A stretch of 64,000 nt of DNA from Candidatus Omnitrophota bacterium (lineage in GTDB: Bacteria; Omnitrophota; Gorgyraeia; Zapsychrales; Zapsychraceae). The position numbers and the translations under genes were made by a program. Under the pieces are notes generated by a model, which saw nothing but the letters and a program-made list of their open reading frames with translations, did not search any database and was not told the DNA's origin. Numbering within the stretch: position 1 is the stretch's first letter; every line of letters starts with the position of its first letter. The DNA lies in NCBI GenBank assembly GCA_050250375.1, contig JBFWOS010000002.1, positions 205,547-269,546 on the forward strand, given 5' to 3'. Positions 18,984 to 28,200 of this stretch are shown in pieces.

Positions 18984-19011
18984 TTATTTGTCAAATAAAT
19001 TTGACAAATAA
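18984..19011. promoter_or_regulatory. perfect palindrome TTATTTGTCAAATAAATTTGACAAATAA, candidate operator
   Basis: 12-bp arms, 4-bp centre, in the divergent intergenic region between the XRE-cupin regulator and 19055..19345. Confidence 0.45.
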
Positions 19012-19054
19012 TCAAATTAATGTTATCCTTCGGTTAACACGTCAGGAGAAGATT

Positions 19055-19345
19055 ATGGAAATGAATAACGAACAATTTGATCATCAGGCTGAACGATCCC
19101 CCAAACACTCGCACCATCAATTCCCCCACCATATAACTAAGATCAATGAATCCATTGCCGTGTACACGGTTTTATCCATTCTGGTAAAGATGCGTCATCA
19201 ATTGGGCTTAGAGGCCATGATGGAGTATCTGGATCATTATTTGAGAGTGATTGAACAGCATAATCCGAAATTGAAATATGCTGTCAGCCGCGCTCTGACC
19301 ATGATGAATATCCAGAAAATGTACGATCAAGCCGTTACAGAATAA
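19055..19345 (+). CDS. hypothetical protein (His-rich N-terminus)
   Basis: ORF after AGGAGAAG RBS; MEMNNEQFDHQAERSPKHSHHQFPHH...; no recognisable domain. Confidence 0.45.
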   Translation: MEMNNEQFDHQAERSPKHSHHQFPHHITKINESIAVYTVLSILVKMRHQLGLEAMMEYLDHYLRVIEQHNPKLKYAVSRALTMMNIQKMYDQAVTE

Positions 19346-19371
19346 CGATTTAACAAACAGGAGAGATTGCG

Positions 19372-21009
19372 ATGAGGTCAAGCAGAGGAGCTGCTGCAGT
19401 TCTGGGGATTGTCTTGTTATGGCCGGGTATTCCAGGCGAAAGCAACGAAACAGCTGTCTGGGAAAAAATATCCAACGGTTTGAATGAAACATATGTTCAG
19501 TCAGTCGCAATGATTTCGACAGGTCAACAGAGTATATTGGCCGGAACCAGTAAAGGCCTTTATATGAGTCCGGATGGACACAATTTCCGCTCACTGTTTT
19601 CATTCCCGGGAGACCAAACAAATGTTAATGCTATCCATTTCGACAAAGTGACAGGAACAATTCTGGCGGCGACTGATTCCGGACTATATAAGAGTAGTGA
19701 CCAAGGCCGAAAATTCGACCGGGTTTTTTATTCATCGGATTCCAGAGAGAATCGATGTCTGTCGGTTTTTTATGGAAAAGAGGGTGTTTATCTCGGGACA
19801 CAAAAAGGACTTTTTTATCAAGGCGCAGGTCAAACCGGATGGGGGAAGATCTTTAATCCATTAAGCCTGGTTCCGGTTTATCAAATTTTAAAAGACGACG
19901 CGTATATATATTTTGTGAGCGGTCATACAATTTTCCGGTTGAAAGAGAGTGCGTCCGTGCCGGATGAGATTTTTACAGATCAACCCGGCGACGTTCAGGA
20001 ATTGGACGACACGACTGAAATAATCCAGGAGGATAAAACGGTTAATTTCGTTTCGTTGAGCGGTGAAGGCGGAATCATTGTTTCCGCCGATAGCGGGTTG
20101 TCGTACAGTCCGGATTTCGGGAGCACCTGGCAGCGGTTTGATCAGGGAATCGTTCCCTATAAGGAAATTAACGGGATGTTACCGGTTTCTGTTCATTGCG
20201 GCGGATCAACAGCGTTGTGTCTGAGGTTTTTGGCCGCGACAGACAACGGCGTATTTTTGTATGCAGAAGGAAGATGGATTCCTCTTTATAAAGGGCTGGA
20301 TGCGGGGCGGGTGAATGATCTGGATATTTCTGAAGAACGGATGGTGATTGCGGCAACGGAGAACGGAATTTATAAACTACCGTTAAACGAAACGCTCGCC
20401 ATGTTAAACGACACGGTTAATCATGCCATGGCAAAAATTGATTATGATGAATTCAAGTCCCGTATCAAAGATGAGCCGAGCATCCATGAGGTTCAACGAC
20501 TGGCGATTGAATATGCCGAAGTCCATCCGGACAAGATTAAAGCGTGGCGCAGGAGCGCGCAGAAAAAAGCGTGGGCTCCTTCCCTGAATATCGGTATTGA
20601 TGGCGGCCGCAGTTTGACCCGCGCGGATAGCATCTACGGGAGTTCTTCTTCAGGAGGTGCTCATTATATCGCTCCCGATGATAAATCTTCTAGGGATGAT
20701 CTTGGCTGGGATGTTTCTTTGTCTTGGGATCTGGCCGATGTGATCTGGAGTACAGATCAGACAACGATTGACAGCCGGTCAAAATTGATGGTGGAGTTGC
20801 GTGAAGATATTTTAAATCAGGTCACCCGGCTTTATTATGAACGTCTCCGGCTTCAGGCAGAATTGCAAGGAATAGGCGAAGACCTGGGAGCCGTCTTTGA
20901 CCGGAAAATGCGGATTGACGAATTAACCGCGTTGCTGGACGGTTTGACCGGCGGAGAATTCAGTTTGCGTTTGAATGAAAGAGAATATCAAAATTACACC
21001 TCAAAATGA
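19372..21009 (+). CDS. secreted BNR/Asp-box repeat protein with C-terminal coiled-coil
   Basis: Signal peptide; Asp-box-like SxDxGxxW/F motifs (SPDGHNF, SSDQGRKF, SPDFGSTWQRF); C-terminal heptad-rich region. Confidence 0.6.
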   Translation: MRSSRGAAAVLGIVLLWPGIPGESNETAVWEKISNGLNETYVQSVAMISTGQQSILAGTSKGLYMSPDGHNFRSLFSFPGDQTNVNAIHFDKVTGTILAATDSGLYKSSDQGRKFDRVFYSSDSRENRCLSVFYGKEGVYLGTQKGLFYQGAGQTGWGKIFNPLSLVPVYQILKDDAYIYFVSGHTIFRLKESASVPDEIFTDQPGDVQELDDTTEIIQEDKTVNFVSLSGEGGIIVSADSGLSYSPDFGSTWQRFDQGIVPYKEINGMLPVSVHCGGSTALCLRFLAATDNGVFLYAEGRWIPLYKGLDAGRVNDLDISEERMVIAATENGIYKLPLNETLAMLNDTVNHAMAKIDYDEFKSRIKDEPSIHEVQRLAIEYAEVHPDKIKAWRRSAQKKAWAPSLNIGIDGGRSLTRADSIYGSSSSGGAHYIAPDDKSSRDDLGWDVSLSWDLADVIWSTDQTTIDSRSKLMVELREDILNQVTRLYYERLRLQAELQGIGEDLGAVFDRKMRIDELTALLDGLTGGEFSLRLNEREYQNYTSK

Positions 21010-21049
21010 AGATAGTGATTCGTGACCAGTATACAAAAAGGAGGACAGG

Positions 21050-21319
21050 ATGATCGACATGTTAGAAGTTAAAGTGCATAAAATGTACCGCCTGGATGGG
21101 AATAGACCGCTTAAAGCATTTGCGGACATATCGTTGAACGACGCCGTTTTAATCAAAGGGATCAAAGTTATCCTCGGGAAGGAAGGTTTATTTGTGTCCA
21201 TGCCGCAGGAACAGGGCAAGGATAACAAGTGGTACGAAAGCGTGCGCTGTTTGAAAAAAGATATCCGCGAACAGATTTCCGAGACGGTGCTCAACGCTTA
21301 TCAGGCACAAACCGGTTGA
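21050..21319 (+). CDS. spoVG: septation protein SpoVG
   Basis: MLEVKVHKMYRLDGNRPLKAFADISLNDAVLIKGIKVILGKEGLFVSMPQEQ closely parallels SpoVG. Confidence 0.85.
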   Translation: MIDMLEVKVHKMYRLDGNRPLKAFADISLNDAVLIKGIKVILGKEGLFVSMPQEQGKDNKWYESVRCLKKDIREQISETVLNAYQAQTG

Positions 21320-21497
21320 TAAAGAAAATTGGGGTGTTCACGTTCTCAGGCATGAGAAGTACAAAGGGGGATGAACCGAAAGAAAAGGGGAATCGAGTGG
21401 TACTAGTGAACACCCTCTTTTAGATTCAATTGTGATTAAATAACTTGTTAGATCGGTGATATCTGGGTACAATTAGGCTATATTTTGGAAAAACCCT

Positions 21498-21794
21498 ATG
21501 ACCGACAGAGAACAAGAAGTCATTAACAATGTTTTAAGCGTCCTTAAGAAAAGGCTGAACCCCGATAAGATCATTTTATTTGGGTCTCGGGCCAAAGGGA
21601 TATCTGCTCCGGGAGCGGACATTGATCTTGCTTTGGAGGGAGACAGACCGGGAATAAGTGTGCTACAGAAGTTAAACGAAGAAATCGATCAAGTATCCGG
21701 GTTATATTCGGTTGATCTGGTATTCTTGAATGACGTGGATGTTTCATTCAAAGAGATAATTATGAACACAGGAAAAGTGATCTATGAACGCTGA
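21498..21794 (+). CDS. minimal nucleotidyltransferase (MNT/MntA-type antitoxin)
   Basis: ILFGSRAKGISAPGADIDLAL = GS...D.D Pol-beta NTase motif; 98 aa. Confidence 0.8.
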   Translation: MTDREQEVINNVLSVLKKRLNPDKIILFGSRAKGISAPGADIDLALEGDRPGISVLQKLNEEIDQVSGLYSVDLVFLNDVDVSFKEIIMNTGKVIYER

Positions 21795-22158
21795 GCTGAA
21801 TGAATCTAAGCGCAAATTAAAAGAAGGTTTTATAAAACTCCAGGAAGGAGTTGACTCCGCCCGGAATGAATTGGAAAAAGATGGTGTAATTCAGAGGTTT
21901 GAATTCACATTTGAGTTGTTATGGAAATCAATAAAAATATATTTGGGACATCAGGGCATAACAGTGAAAACTCCGCGTGAGAGTTTTAAAGCCGCGTTCA
22001 AGATTGGAATAATTGTTAAAGAGCAAGAGTTTCTGGATATGCTTGAAGACCGGAATAAAACGTCGCATATTTACAGCAAAGAAGAATCGGAAAAGATTTT
22101 TAATCGGATTAAAAATATCTATTTAGGCAGTATTCAGCAGATTGTAGACAAGATTTAA
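21784..22158 (+). CDS. HEPN-domain protein (HI0074-type nucleotidyltransferase substrate-binding protein; HepT-like toxin)
   Basis: Overlaps the MNT gene by 11 nt; QRFEFTFELLWKSIKIYL...NKTSHIY carries the R-x4-6-H HEPN motif. Confidence 0.75.
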   Translation: MNAELNESKRKLKEGFIKLQEGVDSARNELEKDGVIQRFEFTFELLWKSIKIYLGHQGITVKTPRESFKAAFKIGIIVKEQEFLDMLEDRNKTSHIYSKEESEKIFNRIKNIYLGSIQQIVDKI

Positions 22159-22297
22159 ATATATACCGGCGCCCCCGCCGTCACTCGCCAAACCGTTCCC
22201 CCTTCAGAATCAATTAAATCAATTTATCGTGCCACGATACCCCCCGTATACTCGTGTCGTCTCAGTTAACAGGATTATTACGTTTGAGGAGGAGAGT

Positions 22298-25200
22298 ATG
22301 CGCCAGTGGGCTATTGTAATTTTTATCGGGATTTTCATGTCATCATTTTATCCGTCCAGCTTGTATTCCATGGAGAGCGGGGTCCGCAGCGGACTGGAGG
22401 ACCTTCAGGTTGATCCGCATTCGGGCAGCGCGTCAATGGCTTACCCGATTATGGTCCCGCCCGGAAGAGGAGGGATACAACCGAATCTTGCGATTACATA
22501 TAATTCCAATAATAAAAACGGCATGCTGGGAATGGGCTGGGGACTGGAGACCGGGGCGATCCTGCGTTCGTCCCGGAACGGAATCCCGAATTTTGACAGT
22601 TCCGATATTTTTGTTTTGAATCAGAACGGTTCCACCCAGAAATTGATGAAAGACAATACAACCGGATTTTATGTTCCTGAAATTGAAGGGTCTTTTCTTA
22701 AAATCGAAAAGCTGGCCGGCCACTGGCAGATTACTGACCGTTCAGGGATCAAATATTTTTTTGGTGAAGGTTCCGAGGACCGTGAAGAGGAAAACGGTCA
22801 GGTGATCAAATGGGCCCTCAATAAAGTTGAAGACCTTTACGGGAATTTTATGGAGATTGACTATTACAAAAACGGTAATACCCTTTACCCCAAAGAAATC
22901 CGTTACACCGGAAACTCTCAAGTCCCCTTAAGCCCTTATGCCAAAGTTGTCTTCGAGTATGATCAGACATCCCGGATGGATGTGCAAAGCACCTACATCA
23001 TGGGGATAAAACTGGTGACGGCCTGGCGTTTGCAGGGAATCAAAGTTTACGCGAAAGTCAACGGAACGGATAAACTTCAACGCCGGTACGAAATGATTTA
23101 TCAGTCCAGTCCGGTTACGGGACGGTCGCTCTTAACCGCGGTTAAACAGTATGGTAAGGATGATGCGTCCCAGCTTCCGGTCACTGCTTTTGCTTATGAA
23201 GATAATTCGGAAATAACAGAAGAATATTTGCCGGTCGTCCAGTTCGACTCCGCACTGACCGGCGGCGGGGATAAGATGTGGTACACCATGGTTCACGCAG
23301 GACAATTGTATGATCATAACGGGGCAACATTGTACCCGCAATACAACGGTAATATTTTCCAAGGGCGATTTTTACCTCAAGGACACATAATCAATTGGAT
23401 CGGCGCTTTTCTAAAAAAATCACATACTGATCACACATGGCATTGGGACATTAATAACACGACTGATGGAAGGTTGTGGTTTCAAGGGGTTAACGATACC
23501 GCGTTTAAGGCCTGGACCAACATTTATCTTAGTCAACAAAGGCAGGTCAATTTCAATTCTTCCGGGGCTCCGCATAAGATCTACATGGATCAGAATTACA
23601 GCCAGCCTCTGTCGGGAGGAAACAACACGATCAACGCGGGGTTTCATCTGATTGAAGTAGTCGCATATCAGCAATCCGGGGGAGAACACTACAGTTTTCA
23701 TGTCGGGACGGGATTGGCCGGGCAGGTGGATTACATGAATTCCGTTGTTGTCAGCGCGCCGGGTTTACCGGCGGATTTTAACGGCGACGGGTTTGTCGAT
23801 ATCGGGCGGTTCACGTCCAATGACGGCAAGATAAAAGTCATGCTGGCCAACGGAAATTCATTCGGGACAGAACAAGTGTGGCTGGACCAGATTGCGGCCG
23901 GAGAAGGTGTATTGACCGGAGATTTCAACGGTGACGGCAAGGCGGACATTGTCCGGTTTACCAAGTCTAGCGGAAATTGGAAGGTCGCGCTATCAAACGG
24001 CGGTAACCAATTCATTAATCAACCGAACAATTGGCTGCAGGGTTTCGGGCAGAATGAAGAGCCTTCCGCGGGTGATATCAACGGCGACGGGCTGACTGAC
24101 ATCTTTACGTTTTATAAATCCGGCGGGCAATGGAAGACCCGGGTCGCGTTAAACCAGGGCGGAAGTTTTGTTTCCGCCCCTGAATACACCTACACGATCG
24201 GGAACCAGAGCTTTACGCCGATTGTCGGTAATTTTAATGGGGACGGCCTGATTGATTTCGGGACATTTGATAAATTGAACGGCAGCTGGAACATCCTGTT
24301 AAACAAAGGGATCACCAGTGATCAATTTAATGCCCTGGCGCCGGTGACCAATTTCGGGGCCGGGCAGGTGATGGTGGTGGCGGATTTTAATGCCGATGGT
24401 CTGACGGATATCGGGTATTACAATCCATCCACCGGAAAGATCTCCAGCCGGGCTTCACACGGCGGCGGATTTTGTAATGAACGACTGCTTCCGGTCACTT
24501 TTACGATCACGGACTCCGGCGCCCAGGTCCAGGCCCAGGACTTTAACGGTGACGGTGTGGCCGACTGGGTGGTCTACGACACGTTTGGAAAATTTGAAAT
24601 CGCTTATTCAAATTCCCATGTACCGGATTTGCTGGTTTCCGTGGATAACGGGATTGGAGCGGGTACCGATATTTCTTATAATCCATCCACCGCGTATCCG
24701 AATACATCCCTGCCGTTTGTCGTGCCGGTGATTGAATCGGTCAGAACCAGTGTATTGAATGAAACGTATACGACACGGTACGAATATGCCGGCGGACTAT
24801 GGGACAGTGCGCAAAGAGAGTTCCGGGGTTTCGGGACAGTCATGGTCAAAGACCCGGAGAATAATTATTCGACCGCCTATTTTCTCCAGGATGATATTTT
24901 TAAAGGCCGGCCTCAAAGACAGGAGACATATGATTCAAACAATACTCTGTTTTCCAAAACCGTCAATACCTGGGACAGTCAGGTTTTGCCAAACGGCGCG
25001 AGGTTTGTCTTTCTAAAACGAAAAGACAATTTTGTTTTTGACGGAAATACAACCGGACGCCGTACGGCTGAAGAATTTTTCTATGAAGAGAACCCGCAAT
25101 ACGGGAATCTGACCAGGGCCGTTCAATTGGGAGAAGTTGACCTGCAAACAGGAGAGAACACCATCGGAAATGATACGCGAACGGTGGAAACGGTTTATGT

Positions 25201-28200
25201 GCGAAATACTTCGTCACCGAAATGGCTGATCGGATTGCCCGGACAAACCATTGTCCGGGATAACGCCGGGAACATCGTTCGGCAGACCTGGTTTTATTAC
25301 GACAATCACCCCAACGCGAACGACCAGCCTGACAAAGGATTGTTAACCAAAAAGATGGATTGGGCCGGAGGCGGAGCGCAGGACATTAACCCTGTCACAA
25401 CGTATTCGTACGATGCGTACGGAAATCTTAAAACAACCGTTGATCCGGTGGGGAATCAGACAAGTCCAGCGAATCATCAAACAACGATGATCTATGATTC
25501 CGTTTACCGGTTGTTTCCGGTCACAACCCAAAACGCGCTGGGGCACAGTGTGCAAAATAAATATTATGGAATTGACGGGGAATCGCTGGATGACGGGCAG
25601 GGTTACAGCGGATTATGGGGGCAGTTAAAATCAACGACGGATCCCAATAACCAGCAGGGCGGGCGCAGTTATGATGTGTTTGGCCGGACGGTTAAAAGCG
25701 TTTCACCGCTGGATACAATCAATTTTCCGACTACAGAATCGGGTCTGGAATATTTAACGGATCACGTCCGCGTGACCGGTAAACAACGCGTGAAACACGG
25801 GCAGGCCCAGGTCATCACCGCGGTCAGTTTTACCGATGGACTGGGAAGATCCATCCAGTCCAAATCACCGTCTTTCCTGGCCGGGCAGTATACGGTCAGC
25901 GGCCAGACGGAATACAACTCACGGGGTCTTGCCGTAAAACAGTACCTTCCCTATTTTACAACAACCGCCATGAACTCAATCAACTCAATTAACCCGGCCA
26001 ACCCGCACACGTCGATTGAATATGACGCCATGGGCCGGGTGGTCAAATCGGTCAATCCGGACGGAACGTATTCCACCATGAGTTATGATGACTGGCGAAC
26101 GGTTGCCATCAACGAAAACGGCCATAAACAGGAATCGAACTTTGACGCGTACGGGCGTCTGGTCGAAAAGAGGGAATACGCCGGAGCAGACGGGCGTAGT
26201 CCGGATTATCCGTTAGCCCCGTATGTGTTGTATGCCACGACAAAATATGAATACGATTCTGAAGGAAACCTGACGAAAACCATCGATGCCCAGCAGAACC
26301 AGACCGTGATCGCGTATGACAAGCTTGGCCGCAAGATATCCATGGATGATCCTGACATGGGGCATTGGGAATACAAATATGATGTGAACGGTAATCTGAC
26401 CGAACAGAAAGATGCCAACCTGAAAACAATCTTTTTTTCTTATGATGTTTTAAACCGGCTGACACGAAAATACGACAACAACGTCCTGGATGTCCAATAC
26501 ACCTACGACAGTCCGGCTGATTTTAATTCAAAAGGCCGGTTGACGCAGGCTGTTTATCCCGGCGGAGACGCTGAGTTCAAATACGACACCATCGGCCGCG
26601 AGATTGAATCGGTCAAACAGATTAACGGGATGGCGTATACGGTCCAGCGGAATTACGATGCGCTGAATAATCTGGTTGATGTCCAGTATCCGGACAGCTC
26701 GAAAGTGTTTTATCAATACAACGATGCCGGGCAGGTTGCGTGTGTATCCAGCTATGAAGTGTCGCAGCCGACAGCGCCTGTATCGCCTGTTTTGAATAAC
26801 CCTGTCCCGGGAAACATGCAGGTGTCCTTGTCCTGGAATTCAGTTTCCGGTGCGGATGGATACAAGGTTAAATACGGTACATCCGCGTCAAATCTGAACT
26901 CAACCAAAGAGGCCAATGCCGGCACAGAGATTGTTGTTGATGGATTAACCAACAGTGTTGAGTATTTCTTCACGGTCGTTGCTTACAATACTGTCGGTGA
27001 AAGCCTGCCGTCTGCGGTTAAGAACGCGACACCGCAGATGCCGATACTCGGACAACCCGCGATTATTTCCGCGGTTCCCTCAAACGGCAGTGTGGCCCTG
27101 AGTTGGGGAAATGTCAGCGGCGCAAACACCTACACGGTCAAATACGGGACGGTCAGCGGGAATTATCCGGACACAGTCTCTAATATCTCAGGCACTCAGT
27201 ATACCGTCAGCAATCTGACCAACGGCATACTTTATTATTTTGTCGTCTCCGCGGTCAATAGCGGCGGGGAAGGAATGAATTCGTCTCCCGCGTCAGCCGT
27301 TCCGGCCGCAGGCGGAGGCGGTACCATGGATATTGTCAGGGATGCCACGACGACGTTTACAGTGACGACGGAAACAAACGTCTCAATGAATCATGCTGTT
27401 TCCGCATCCGGGACCAACCGGATGCTGGTTGTGGCCGTTGAATTGCGGGACTCTTCACTGATTCCGCAGACAACGGCATTGACCTACGGCGGGCAGGCCC
27501 TGATACTGGCCGGCCGCGCGTCAAATAACAGCAGTTCCAGTTATCAGTTGACCAGTGAACTCTGGTATCTTATCAATCCGCCGGTTGGAAGTAATTCACT
27601 TCAGGGTGTATTCAACACGGACGTGAATGAAATCGCACTGCAGGTCACGTCCCTGCAAGGCGTCAAGCAGGCAGCGCCGGAAGTATTTGGCATGGATTCT
27701 GGTTCCAGTAATGCGCCGGGTATTTCAGTGAATACAGCCACGAACGAGGCCTGGGTGATTGACGCGTTGACATTTAAAGCGGCCTTTGAATCGTGGGTCA
27801 CCATCGGTTCCGGACAGACATTGTTAGGCCAGAATGATATGGGCAATGTTTTCGGAGGATCATCGTATAAAATGGTCAGTCCCTCCGGTGCGGCTGTCAT
27901 GCAATGGAATACGACCTTCTCGGACAAATGGGCGACGGTCGCGGCTGTGTTCGCGCCGGCGCCGTTATCCGCCGCGCTGGTGCAGGAGGACGGGAATCAC
28001 TATGTTTATGATTATTGTCCGGACCTTTCTCCAACCGCGAAGGAAAATGATTGGTCGCGGTTAGGCCGAATGGTCATAGAGTTCGGCCGTTCATTCACCG
28101 GGCTGTTTACGGCCAAGGAAGCCTACGCGGATGAACTGGGCACGGTGAGTTTTAATTCTTTTTCGGAAGAGGATCCAACGTCCCAGATCAATCGATCTGC

